DNA of 64,000 bases from an uncultured Actinomycetota bacterium (GTDB lineage Bacteria > Actinomycetota > Actinomycetes > Actinomycetales > Cellulomonadaceae). The first letter of the stretch is position 1, and the number at the start of each line of letters is the position of its first letter. Shown piece by piece: positions 9,576 through 17,922 of this stretch. The stretch spans positions 52,705 through 116,704 of the forward strand of contig CAWALY010000003.1 of the NCBI GenBank assembly GCA_963783005.1, written 5' to 3'. Both the position numbers and the translations under genes were made by a program. Under the pieces are notes generated by a model that was given only the letters and a program-made list of their open reading frames with translations, had not been told where the DNA came from and did not search any database.

Positions 9576-9582
9576 GGGGCGG

Positions 9583-11244
9583 CTAGGGCACGCGGCGCCC
9601 CTCGGGCGGATGCCCCTCCTCGGGCGGACGCTGCTCCTCGGACGGGCGCTGCTCCTGGGGCGGACGCTGCTCGTCGGGGGGAAGTCGCTCCTCGGACGTG
9701 CGCTCCTCCTCGGTCCGACGCTGCTCCTGAGACGGGCGCCCCTCCTCGGGGGGACGTCGCTCCTCGGATGGACGTCGCTCCTCGGATGGACGCCGCTCCT
9801 CGGGCGGACGCCCCTCCTCGGGCGGACGCCGCTCCTGGGCCGGACGCGGCTCCTGGGATGGGCGCTGCTCTTGGGATGGGCGCTGCTCTTGGGATGGGCG
9901 CTGCTCTTGGGATGGGCGCTGCTCTTGGGATGGGCGCCGCTGCTCGGACGGACGTCGTTCCTCGGGCGGGCGCAGGCCCTCGGCGTGGAGCTCTCGCTCG
10001 GCGATCACCGCCTCGCCGGGGCCGGTGAACGCCTTGGACCGCTCGATGGCGGACAGGCTCCCGGTGAACAACCCGGTGTCCCGCCCGCCGTCGACGAGCA
10101 CCGTCTCCTCGACGGTGGGCCGGCGGCGCCGGGTGGTGGGCAGGTCAGCGGTCGGGGTCGGCTCGCCGCCTTCCGACGAAGCGGGTGGCGAGGACTCCCA
10201 CCGGGTGCGCGGCAGCGCCTCGGGGTGCTCGCGCTGCAGCCACGCGACCAGCCCCTCGCGCACTGCGCAGCGCAGGTCCCACAGCGTGGGGGCGTCGGCC
10301 GCCGACGCGAGCGCCCGCACCCTGACCCGACCGTCGACGGCATCGGTCACCTGGAGCACGCCCACCCGGTGGTCCCACAGCTCGCTGGCCTGGAGCAGTC
10401 GCATCAGCTCGGCGCGCATCCGGCCCACCGGCACGGCCCAGTCCACGTCGAGCTCGACGGTGCCCAGCAGGTCGGCGGCGCGTCGGGTCCAGTTCTCGAA
10501 CGGGGTCGTGGCGAAGTATGTCGACGGCAGGATGAGCCGGCGGTCGTCCCACACGTGCACCACGACGTAGGTCATGGTGATCTCCTCGATCCGGCCCCAG
10601 ACGCCGTCCACCACGACGACGTCGTCGAGCCGGATCGCGTCGGTGAAGGCGAGCTGCATGCCCGCGAACACGTTGGACAGCGAGGTCTGCGCCGCGAGCC
10701 CGGCGATCACCGAGATCAGGCCTGCCGAGGCCAGCAGCCCGGCGCCCACCGTCCGCGCCTCCTTGAACGTCATCAGAGCGCCGGCGATCGCCGCGACCAC
10801 CAGGATCAGGACGGTCAGCCGGCGCGCGACGCTGATCTGGGTGCGCACCCGGCGAGCGTGGCGGTCGTCGCCACCCTCGACCCGGTAGCGGGCCAGCGCG
10901 GCGTCCTCACCGACGAACGCCAGCGCCCCGATCAGCCACGCCCCGGCGAGGATGAGGGCGATCTGCAGGGTGTGCTGGACCCAGGTCATCCACCCCGGCA
11001 AGGGGTCCGGGGTCGCGATGCGCAGCGCGATCCAGACCAGCACGACCACCAGCACGGTGCGCAGCGGCCGCCGCGCGCGGCGGGCGAGGTTGTCGGCGAG
11101 CCAGGTGCGGCGTCCGGCGGCCCTGGTGACCGCGGCGAGCACCTCCGCGAGCACGAGGGCGACGATGAGGGCGATGGCCACGCCCAGGACGACCGCGACG
11201 CCGCTGGTCACGGCCTGGGAGACGTCGGCTGCGAGGTGTAGCAC
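9583..11244 (-). CDS. MscS-family mechanosensitive channel with long C-terminal repeat tail
   Basis: 553 aa with N-terminal TM helices. The MscS core reads GLLASAGLISVIAGLAAQTSLSNVFAGMQLAFTDAIRLDDVVVVDGVWGRIEEITMTYVVV. The C-terminal ~125 aa is a Pro/Glu/Arg/Ser/Gln hexapeptide repeat. Confidence 0.85.
   Translation of the reverse strand: MLHLAADVSQAVTSGVAVVLGVAIALIVALVLAEVLAAVTRAAGRRTWLADNLARRARRPLRTVLVVVLVWIALRIATPDPLPGWMTWVQHTLQIALILAGAWLIGALAFVGEDAALARYRVEGGDDRHARRVRTQISVARRLTVLILVVAAIAGALMTFKEARTVGAGLLASAGLISVIAGLAAQTSLSNVFAGMQLAFTDAIRLDDVVVVDGVWGRIEEITMTYVVVHVWDDRRLILPSTYFATTPFENWTRRAADLLGTVELDVDWAVPVGRMRAELMRLLQASELWDHRVGVLQVTDAVDGRVRVRALASAADAPTLWDLRCAVREGLVAWLQREHPEALPRTRWESSPPASSEGGEPTPTADLPTTRRRRPTVEETVLVDGGRDTGLFTGSLSAIERSKAFTGPGEAVIAERELHAEGLRPPEERRPSEQRRPSQEQRPSQEQRPSQEQRPSQEQRPSQEPRPAQERRPPEEGRPPEERRPSEERRPSEERRPPEEGRPSQEQRRTEEERTSEERLPPDEQRPPQEQRPSEEQRPPEEGHPPEGRRVP
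9595..9965 (-). repeat. 18-bp periodic coding tandem repeat (about 20 units, 4 perfect)
   Basis: gggatgggcgctgctctt is perfect at 9855-9926. Degenerate copies flank it on both sides. It encodes (E-Q/E-R-R/P-P-S/P) units in the MscS tail. Confidence 0.9.
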
Positions 11245-11277
11245 CGCCCCAGGCTAGGCCCGGCGCGCCCAACCGGC

Positions 11278-11347
11278 GGGGCCGTGCCGTCCGACGACCG
11301 CCCGACCGACCGCCTGGGCCGTGCCATCCGACGGTCCCGCCCGACCG
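11278..11347. repeat. ~30-bp imperfect direct repeat in the MscS/galE divergent spacer
   Basis: gggccgtgccgtccgacgaccgcccgaccg (11278-) versus gggccgtgccatccgacggtcccgcccgaccg (11316-). Confidence 0.7.
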
Positions 11348-11422
11348 GCGGGCCGCACCGGGCCGTCGCCCGCACGCCACCGCGGGCGGCGCGACCAATC
11401 CGTACCGGCTGTTGGAAATTGT

Positions 11423-11452
11423 TTGATTATGCAGGATTCTGTCGAGTAGGAT
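11423..11452 (+). promoter_or_regulatory. Candidate sigma-A-type promoter giving a leaderless galE mRNA
   Basis: TTGATT (11423-28), an 18-nt spacer, then TAGGAT (11447-52). Only 6 nt separate the -10 from the galE ATG at 11459, and no SD is present. Confidence 0.5.
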
Positions 11453-11458
11453 CACGAC

Positions 11459-12457
11459 ATGACGTGGATGGTCACCGGCGGCGCCGGCTACATCGGGTCC
11501 CATGTGGTGCACGCCTTCCTCGACGCGGGGATCGACGTGGTCGTGGTCGACGACCTGTCGAGCGGGCACCCCGAGTTCGTCCCCGCGCAGGTGCCGTTCG
11601 CCAAGGGCACCGTCCTGGACGAGGCGCTGCTCACCGCGACGCTGCGCGAGCACGCCTGCGAGGGCGTGGTGCACCTGGCCGGCTTCAAGTACGCCGGGGT
11701 CAGCGTCCACCGGCCTCTGCACACCTACGCCGAGAACGTCTCGGGCACCCTGTCGCTGCTGAGGGCGATGGCCGAGGCGGATGTCGCCAACATCGTCTTC
11801 TCCTCCTCCGCCGCGGTCTACGGCACGCCGGACGTCGACCTGGTGACCGAGGACACCCCGACAGCGCCCGAGTCGCCCTACGGCGAGTCGAAGCTGGTGT
11901 GCGAGTGGATGATCCGCGACCAGGCGCTCGCGACGGCGACCGGACCCACACCGCTACGGCACACCTCGCTGCGCTACTTCAACGTCGTCGGGTCCGGTCC
12001 GGACCACCTGTACGACTCCAGCCCCCACAACCTGTTCCCCCTGGTGCTCGACGCGCTCGTCGCAGGTCGGACGCCGAAGGTGTTCGGCACCGACTACGCC
12101 ACGCCGGACGGGTCGTGCGTGCGGGACTACATCCACGTGGCGGACCTGGCCGCCAGCCACGTGGCCGCGGCCCGCGCCCTTGCGGCCGGCCGTGACCTGG
12201 CCCCGGTCTACAACCTCGGCAGCGGTACCGGCTCATCGGTGCTGGAGATCATGACCGCGATGGCGGAGGGCACGGGCATCGCGTTCAGCCCGGAGCTCGC
12301 ACCGCGGCGTCCCGGCGACCCGGCGCGGATCGTGGCGTCCGGCGACCTGGCGGCGGCCGACCTGGGGTGGACCATGACCCGCGACCTCGCCGACATGGTC
12401 ACCAGCGCCTGGCGTGCGAGGCAGGTCGCCGAAGGCCTGCTGCGCCCCGAGCGCTGA
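11459..12457 (+). CDS. galE: UDP-glucose 4-epimerase
   Basis: 332 aa with VTGGAGYIGSH (NAD fold), PYGESK (YxxxK), and full-length GalE-like sequence. Confidence 0.92.
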   Translation: MTWMVTGGAGYIGSHVVHAFLDAGIDVVVVDDLSSGHPEFVPAQVPFAKGTVLDEALLTATLREHACEGVVHLAGFKYAGVSVHRPLHTYAENVSGTLSLLRAMAEADVANIVFSSSAAVYGTPDVDLVTEDTPTAPESPYGESKLVCEWMIRDQALATATGPTPLRHTSLRYFNVVGSGPDHLYDSSPHNLFPLVLDALVAGRTPKVFGTDYATPDGSCVRDYIHVADLAASHVAAARALAAGRDLAPVYNLGSGTGSSVLEIMTAMAEGTGIAFSPELAPRRPGDPARIVASGDLAAADLGWTMTRDLADMVTSAWRARQVAEGLLRPER

Positions 12458-12591
12458 GCCGCTCGCCAGACCCCGCGCGGCAGGTCGGGGCGCCCGGCCG
12501 AACCGGCCCAGGCCGCGCCGACCCTGCCCAGGCCGTGCAGGGTCGATCCAGACCGTGCCGGGCCGATCCGGGCCACCGGTCCGGTCCTGGG

Positions 12592-13509
12592 CTACCGCGC
12601 CGCCGGAGCGACCTGCTGGAGCTCGGCGAGCCGGCCGGCGGCCTGCTCGAGGACGCGCTCGCTGCCCGCGTAGACACCGGACGGCCGCGGCCAGTGCAGC
12701 ACCACGTCGGTGAACCCGAGCGCCGCCGCCCGCTCCACGCCCTCGACCAGCACGTCCAACGACGCCAGGGAGAACACCGGCGCACCGTCGATGCTGAGGT
12801 AGCGGTCCACCTCCCCCGGCACCCGGCCGGCCTCGCGGGCCGCTCGGTCGAACCGCTCGACGAGCCCGGCGAGCCCGGACCACCAGCGTTCCTGGTCCGC
12901 GACCGCCCCACCCTCGCCCAGACCCGCGAGCGCGGGCCCGTACGTGCCCCAACCCTGCCCGTACCGGGCCGCGACGCGCATCGCCCGCGGACCGTTGGCG
13001 GCGACCACGAACGGCACCCTGGGCTGCTGGACGCAGCCCGGCAGCATGCGTGCGCCCCTGGCCCGGTACCACTCGCCGTCGTGGTCGGTGACCGGCTGGC
13101 TGAGCAACCGGTCCATGAGCTGGCAGAACTCGGCGAACCGGTCGGCGCGCTCGCCCGCGGTGACGGCAGTACCGAGCACCTCCGCGTCGAACCCCGTCCC
13201 GCCGGCGCCCAGACCCAGCAGCAGCCGCCCGCCGCTGACGTCGTCCAGACCCATCACGTCCTTGGCGAACGGCACCGGGTGGCGGAAGTTCGGCGAGGCG
13301 ACCCACGTGCCCAACCGGATCCGCTCGGTGACCACGGCCGCCGCGGTCAGCAGCGGCACGGTGGCCAACCACGGCCCGTCCGCGAGCGAGCGCCAGGCCA
13401 GGTGGTCGTAGGTCCAGGCGTGGTCGAAGCCCCACTCCTCGGCCGCGCGCCAGCGGCGCTCCGCCGCCGACCACCGGTCCTCCGGCAGCAGCACGATCCC
13501 GATCCGCAT
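12592..13509 (-). CDS. Luciferase-like (LLM class, probably F420-dependent) oxidoreductase
   Basis: Starts MRIGIVLLPE at 13509. FDHAWTYDHL and GRLLLGLGAGG are typical of the LLM family. The longer ORF to 13698 is Arg-rich junk overlapping the neighbouring gene. Confidence 0.78.
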   Translation of the reverse strand: MRIGIVLLPEDRWSAAERRWRAAEEWGFDHAWTYDHLAWRSLADGPWLATVPLLTAAAVVTERIRLGTWVASPNFRHPVPFAKDVMGLDDVSGGRLLLGLGAGGTGFDAEVLGTAVTAGERADRFAEFCQLMDRLLSQPVTDHDGEWYRARGARMLPGCVQQPRVPFVVAANGPRAMRVAARYGQGWGTYGPALAGLGEGGAVADQERWWSGLAGLVERFDRAAREAGRVPGEVDRYLSIDGAPVFSLASLDVLVEGVERAAALGFTDVVLHWPRPSGVYAGSERVLEQAAGRLAELQQVAPAAR

Positions 13510-13526
13510 CCGGTTGCCTCTCGTGT

Positions 13527-13883
13527 TCAGTCCCAGCCGAGCTCGTGCAGGCGATCGTCGTCGATCCCGAAGTGGTGCGCGACCTCGTGCAGGACGGTGA
13601 CCGCGACCTCCTCGACGACGTCCTCGGCGCTGTCGCAGATCGCCAGGGTCGGCAGCCGGAACACCGTGATGCGGTCGGGCAGGGAGCCCGCTGCCCACCA
13701 GGCGTCCCGCTCGGTGAGGGCGACCCCCTCGTACAGCCCCAGCAGGTCCTGCTCCTCACCGTCGGGCGGGAGGTCCTCGACCAGCACCACGACGTTGTCC
13801 ATCATGGCCACGAGGTCCTCGGGCAGCAGGTCGAGGGCATCGCGCACGGCATCCTCGAACGCCGACCGGGACATCTCGACCAC
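13527..13883 (-). CDS. Zinicin-like metallopeptidase family protein (DUF1025-type)
   Basis: 118 aa with a HEVAHHFG zinc motif and an acidic, conserved small-protein architecture. Confidence 0.78.
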   Translation of the reverse strand: MVEMSRSAFEDAVRDALDLLPEDLVAMMDNVVVLVEDLPPDGEEQDLLGLYEGVALTERDAWWAAGSLPDRITVFRLPTLAICDSAEDVVEEVAVTVLHEVAHHFGIDDDRLHELGWD

Positions 13884-13935
13884 GGCCCCATCCTGCCTCC
13901 CGGGGGCCTCCCGGAGGGCTTCGACGGGGCCGCCT

Positions 13936-13964
13936 TTGGAGATCGTGGGCGGAGCCCGTATGAT
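13936..13964 (+). promoter_or_regulatory. Candidate promoter of the tRNA-Glu/Asp/Phe operon
   Basis: TTGGAG (13936-41), a 17-nt spacer, then TATGAT (13959-64), about 44 nt upstream of tRNA-Glu. Confidence 0.6.
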
Positions 13965-14007
13965 TCCCGAGGTTCTGGGCGTGTCGACGTCCCGGGCGCC
14001 CTACCCG

Positions 14008-14080
14008 GCCCCCATCGTCTAGCGGCCTAGGACCCCGCCCTTTCACGGCGGTAGCACGGGTTCGAATCCCGTTGGGGGTA
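14008..14080 (+). tRNA. tRNA-Glu (anticodon TTC)
   Basis: GCCCCCATCGTCTAGCGGCCTAGGAC..., anticodon loop CTTTCAC, T-arm GGGTTCGAATCCC, acceptor closing TGGGGGT+A. CCA is not encoded. Confidence 0.93.
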
Positions 14081-14107
14081 CGAACCACCTGGACCTTGTC
14101 CACACAA

Positions 14108-14181
14108 GGCCCCGTAGCGCAGTTGGTTAGCGCGCCGCCCTGTCACGGCGGAGGTCGCGGGTTCAAGTCCCGTCGGGGTCG
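14108..14181 (+). tRNA. tRNA-Asp (anticodon GTC)
   Basis: GGCCCCGTAGCGCAGTTGGTTAGCGCG..., anticodon loop CTGTCAC, T-arm GGGTTCAAGTCCC. Confidence 0.93.
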
Positions 14182-14215
14182 CTCGTCGGTCCGGTCACGA
14201 GCCGGACCGTGGCTC

Positions 14216-14291
14216 GGCCACTTAGCTCAGTTGGTAGAGCGTTCGACTGAAAATCGAAAGGTCGGCAGTTCGACCCTGCCAGTGGCCACCA
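14216..14291 (+). tRNA. tRNA-Phe (anticodon GAA), CCA encoded
   Basis: GGCCACTTAGCTCAGTTGGTAGAGCG..., anticodon loop CTGAAAA, T-arm CAGTTCGACCCTG, 3-prime AGTGGCCACCA. Confidence 0.93.
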
Positions 14292-14295
14292 CCAT

Positions 14296-14325
14296 CGCCC
14301 CGCCCGCGACTCGCGGAGCGGGGCG
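14296..14325 (+). terminator. GC-rich stem-loop directly after tRNA-Phe
   Basis: CGCCCCGC-CCGC..GCGG-a-GCGGGGCG. There is no U-tract, which is common in actinobacteria. Confidence 0.45.
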
Positions 14326-14540
14326 TCGTGGTCCATGGCTCGGGTGCGGCACGCGGCGGCCTGCGGGACGGGTGCGGGTCGGGCAGGCGCCGGCCCTGGT
14401 GGCGGTGCACGGGCGCATCCGCACGAAGGGCATGCATCCGAGGCCCCGTACATGGACAATGATCGGAACCGGCGCGCTGGCCCGTCGTCGTCGGCGTTTG
14501 CCCAGGACGCACCCGTAGCGCTGCGGAAGGACGTGGTGAC

Positions 14541-14945
14541 GTGAACGGCCGTTCCGAGACCAAGCCGTCGATCGGCGAGCTGGTCTCCCTCCTGTCGGAG
14601 AAGACCTCCCAGCTGGTCAAGGACGAGATCCGGCTGGCCAAGGCCGAGATGGCCGACAAGGCCAAGCACGCCGGGGCCGGGATCGGTCTGTTCGTCGGCG
14701 CGGGGCTCTTCGCGTTCTTCGCGCTGGCGACGCTCATCGCGTGCGCCGTGCTGGGCCTGTCCCACGCCGTGCCGGCCTGGCTCGCCGCGCTGATCGTCGC
14801 GGTCGTGCTGCTGCTGATCGCCGCCGTGCTCGGCGCCGTGGGCAAGAAGATGCTGGACGGGGCGTCCGGCCCCGTGCAGGCGACCGAGAGCATCAAGGCG
14901 GACGTGGCGGCCGTGAAGGAGGGACTGGGCCATGAGCGCAGCTGA
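14541..14945 (+). CDS. Holin-X (phage_holin_3_6-like) family membrane protein
   Basis: 134 aa, GTG start. SIGELVSLLSEKTSQLVKDEIRLAKAEM precedes two TM helices, the usual actinobacterial Holin-X layout. Confidence 0.72.
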   Translation: MNGRSETKPSIGELVSLLSEKTSQLVKDEIRLAKAEMADKAKHAGAGIGLFVGAGLFAFFALATLIACAVLGLSHAVPAWLAALIVAVVLLLIAAVLGAVGKKMLDGASGPVQATESIKADVAAVKEGLGHERS

Positions 14946-15207
14946 GGACATCCAGGCCGACATCGTCCGCACCCGCGCGGAGCTCCAGGCCACGGTCGAC
15001 GAGCTCGCCGAGCGGCTCGACCCCAAGGCGAACGTGCTGCGCGCCCTGGACGAGGCCAGGGTCGCGATCGACGACGTGCGCCGGCGTGTCACCCGCGAGG
15101 AACGCGGCCCGGACGACCCCGAGCCCACCACCACCGGCTGGGTCGTGCTCGGTGCCGGAGCGGCAGCCGCCGCCGCGATCGTCGCAGGCGTGGCGCGCAA
15201 GCTGTAG
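14932..15207 (+). CDS. DUF3618-family protein
   Basis: 91 aa. IQADIVRTRAELQATVDELAERLDPK plus a C-terminal TM segment. It overlaps the preceding gene by 14 nt, the usual pairing with Holin-X. Confidence 0.7.
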   Translation: MSAAEDIQADIVRTRAELQATVDELAERLDPKANVLRALDEARVAIDDVRRRVTREERGPDDPEPTTTGWVVLGAGAAAAAAIVAGVARKL

Positions 15208-16011
15208 TCAGCCCGCCGCCCACAGGTGCTGGGCGGCGTAGCCCCGCCACGGCCGCCAGCGCTCAGCCGCCCGCAACGCGGCGGCCGGGTCCAGGTCGCC
15301 CAGCCGGCGGCGCAGCACCAGGTCGTGCGCGGGGAACGCGTCGAGGTCGCGCAGGGCACGCAGCGCCACGTAGTCCGCGGTCCACGGCCCGATGCCCGGC
15401 AGTGCCAGCAGCGCCCGCCGTGCCGCCGCCACGTCAGCGCCCGGCGTCAGGTCCAGCCCGTCGGCGAGGGCCGCGGCCAGGCCCACCAGGGTCCGCGCCC
15501 GCGCCTGCGTGAGCCCGATCGCACGGACGGCCGCCGCCCCCGCGCCCGCGATCGTCGCGGGCTCCGGGAACACCCGCAGGCCGCCCGGTCCGGGTTCGCC
15601 GAGCAGCTCGGCGAGACGGCCGCCCAGGGTGCGGGCCGCGGCCACGCTCACCTGCTGCCCGAGCACCGCGCGGAGCGCGAGCTCGGCCGGGTCGACAGTG
15701 CCGGGCACCCGCAGGTCGGGTCGCGCGCGCCACAGCGGCCCGATCGTCGGGTCGTCGGCGAGCGCCACCTCGGCGGCCGCGTGGTCCGTGTCCAGACCCA
15801 CCCACCGGCGCACCGCCGCCATCGCGCCGTCGGGCGCGGCCAGGACGGCGACCGGTCCGGTACGCGACACCGTCGCCATCACCCAGCCGCCCTCGGTCGG
15901 CACCGGGCGCCGCACCCGGTCGGGAGCGGCATCCTCGACCCCCGGGATCGCGCGCGCCGCGACGAACGCCCACCACGCGGGGTCCACGCGCGGCGGCGCG
16001 CCGTGGCTCAC
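15208..16011 (-). CDS. DNA-3-methyladenine glycosylase II (AlkA-like, HhH-GPD)
   Basis: 267 aa. AVLGQQVSVAAARTL and LLALPGIGPWTADYVALRAL form the HhH-GPD motif, followed by an Asp. Confidence 0.8.
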   Translation of the reverse strand: MSHGAPPRVDPAWWAFVAARAIPGVEDAAPDRVRRPVPTEGGWVMATVSRTGPVAVLAAPDGAMAAVRRWVGLDTDHAAAEVALADDPTIGPLWRARPDLRVPGTVDPAELALRAVLGQQVSVAAARTLGGRLAELLGEPGPGGLRVFPEPATIAGAGAAAVRAIGLTQARARTLVGLAAALADGLDLTPGADVAAARRALLALPGIGPWTADYVALRALRDLDAFPAHDLVLRRRLGDLDPAAALRAAERWRPWRGYAAQHLWAAG

Positions 16012-16024
16012 GAGCGGGGAAGCC

Positions 16025-16357
16025 TCAGGCGCCGGCGGCCCTGCGCGGCCCGGAGCCCTGCGACGCCGTCCGCGTGCCGGTGTCCCGCGACACGGTCGAC
16101 CCGCGGGGCCGCGTGTCCGGCGAGGCCGCCGAGCCGCGCGACGTCGCGTCCGCCTCGGAGCCGGCCCGCGGCCCCGGCACCCCCATCAGAGCGAGTACCT
16201 CAGACTCCAGGAAGCGCCGGTGCCCGCCGAGCGTCCGGATCGCGGAGAGCTTGCCCGCGCGGGCCCAACGGGTCACCGTCTTCGGGTCCACGCGGAACAG
16301 CGCCGCGACCTCGGCAGGGGTCAGGAGGGGTTCGTGCTCTCGCGACGGTGTCTCCAT
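16025..16357 (-). CDS. BldC-like MerR/excisionase-type HTH DNA-binding protein with C-terminal extension
   Basis: Starts METPSRE at 16357. LLTPAEVAALFRVDPKTVTRWARAGKLSAIRTLGGHRRF matches the BldC-type HTH. It sits in the conserved position next to the DUF3073 gene and purM-purF. Confidence 0.75.
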   Translation of the reverse strand: METPSREHEPLLTPAEVAALFRVDPKTVTRWARAGKLSAIRTLGGHRRFLESEVLALMGVPGPRAGSEADATSRGSAASPDTRPRGSTVSRDTGTRTASQGSGPRRAAGA

Positions 16358-16629
16358 GTCCACCCCTCTCGTCCTGGTGGCGGCGTCATCCGGAGGTGAG
16401 CGCAGAATCGTTACCGGTTCGTGACCACGGTACCCTCTCCCGGTCGGGTGCGCGCCGCCACCGGTCACGTTGCGGGCCGAACGTCCCTGGCGGGCCTGCG
16501 ACAGGCCCGTCCGCGGGGCCGGTCGCAGGAATGGTGCGAGACCCTGTAGCGTTAGCCCAGGAACCAGCACTCCGGGGCCGCACCTGCGAGGTGCCGCCCC
16601 GCTGCCATGTGATGAGGGGGTCGATCGCC

Positions 16630-16815
16630 ATGGGGCGCGGCCGTCAGAAGGCGAAGCAGACCAAGGTCGCTCGCGAGCTCAAGTACTCGATCTATGAGCC
16701 CAACTACAAGGCTCTCGAGCAGGAGCTGACCTCCCAGCAGCGCCACGACGCCGAGAGCGGTGCCGACGGCTACGGCGACTGGGCCGACGACGAGGACGAC
16801 GACCGGGACGCGTGA
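16630..16815 (+). CDS. DUF3073-family small acidic protein
   Basis: 61 aa. MGRGRQKAKQTKVARELKY...DWADDEDDDRDA. SD gaggggg lies upstream. It is hidden at the end of a long artefactual ORF (15226-16815). Confidence 0.8.
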   Translation: MGRGRQKAKQTKVARELKYSIYEPNYKALEQELTSQQRHDAESGADGYGDWADDEDDDRDA

Positions 16816-16818
16816 GGC

Positions 16819-17922
16819 TCAGGCCCGGTAGCTGCCGGTGAGCCGGACCGCCCCTCCGGCGACCCCCTTCGTGCCGCGGACCCGCGCTGCGGCGTCCCCC
16901 TCCGCCCCCGTCTCCTCGGCGACCTCCCCGAGCACCCACGGCGACATCCCGGCTGCCGCGAGCAGCCGCAACGCGTCGTCGACCGCCTCCGGCGGCAGCA
17001 CCGCGACCATCCCGACACCGAGGTTGAGGGTGCCCTCGAGGTCGGTCCACGGCACCTGACCGAGCCGGCGCACCAGGTCGAACACCGGCGGCACCCGCCA
17101 GCCGGACCGGTCCACCGTGGCGAGCAGACCCTCGGGCAGCACGCGGGCCAGGTTCGCCGCGAGCCCGCCGCCGGTGACGTGGCTCAGCGCGTGCAGCGGC
17201 ACGGCGCCGGCCAGGTCCAGGCAGGCCCTGGTGTACAGCCGCGTGGGGGTGAGCAGCTCCTCGCCCAGGGTCCGGCCGAGCTCGGGCACGTCCCGCTCGA
17301 GCGACCAGCCCGCGACCTCGATCACGCGGCGCACCAAGGAGTACCCGTTGGAGTGCAGGCCGGAGGAGGCCATCGCGACCAGCACGTCGCCCTTGCGCAC
17401 CCGGTCAGGGCCCAGCAGCGCGTCGGCCTCGACCACCCCGGTGGCGGCACCTGCCACGTCGTACTCGTCGGGGCCCAGCAGGCCGGGGTGCTCGGCTGTC
17501 TCGCCGCCCACCAGGGCAGTGCCGGTCAGCGCGCACGCCTCGGCGATGCCCCGGACGATCGCGGCGATCCGCTCGGGAACCACCCGACCGCACGCGATGT
17601 AGTCGGTCATCACCAACGGCCGGGCGCCGACCACCACGATGTCGTCGACCACCATCCCCACCAGGTCGTGGCCGATCGTGTCGTGCACGTCCATGGCCTG
17701 CGCGATCGCCACCTTGGTGCCGACGCCGTCGGTGGAGGTGGCCAGCAGCGGCCGCCGGTAGCCGCGCAGCTCGCTGGCGTCGAACAGGCCGGCGAAACCG
17801 CCGACCCCGCCCAGCACCTGCGGGCCGTGCGTAGCGCGCACGGCGTCCTTCATCAGGTCGACCGCGCGGTCGCCCGCCGCGGTGTCGACCCCGGCGGAGG
17901 CGTAGGTGATCGGCTCGCTCAC
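16819..17922 (-). CDS. purM: Phosphoribosylformylglycinamidine cyclo-ligase (AIR synthetase)
   Basis: 367 aa with YASAGVD, DGVGTK and GGETAE motifs. The GTG start overlaps the purF stop (GTGA). Confidence 0.95.
   Translation of the reverse strand: MSEPITYASAGVDTAAGDRAVDLMKDAVRATHGPQVLGGVGGFAGLFDASELRGYRRPLLATSTDGVGTKVAIAQAMDVHDTIGHDLVGMVVDDIVVVGARPLVMTDYIACGRVVPERIAAIVRGIAEACALTGTALVGGETAEHPGLLGPDEYDVAGAATGVVEADALLGPDRVRKGDVLVAMASSGLHSNGYSLVRRVIEVAGWSLERDVPELGRTLGEELLTPTRLYTRACLDLAGAVPLHALSHVTGGGLAANLARVLPEGLLATVDRSGWRVPPVFDLVRRLGQVPWTDLEGTLNLGVGMVAVLPPEAVDDALRLLAAAGMSPWVLGEVAEETGAEGDAAARVRGTKGVAGGAVRLTGSYRA

Noticed and set aside
9595-9965. Possible CRISPR array (regular short repeats). The same question applies to 2103-2196.
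   Set aside because: The units are contiguous with no spacers, are 18 and 24 bp long (multiples of 3), and lie in-frame inside coding sequences. No cas genes are present in the window.
8815-11241. 808-aa plus-strand ORF spanning the IS element and the MscS gene
   Set aside because: It is antisense to two well-supported genes. Its sequence is Leu/Gly/Arg low complexity mirroring the 18-bp repeat. This is a typical high-GC open-frame artefact.
14292-15207. Integrated prophage or genomic island at tRNA-Phe (holin gene directly downstream)
   Set aside because: The Holin-X/DUF3618 pair is a widespread chromosomal actinobacterial gene pair. No integrase, direct repeat of the tRNA 3-prime end, or other phage genes follow.
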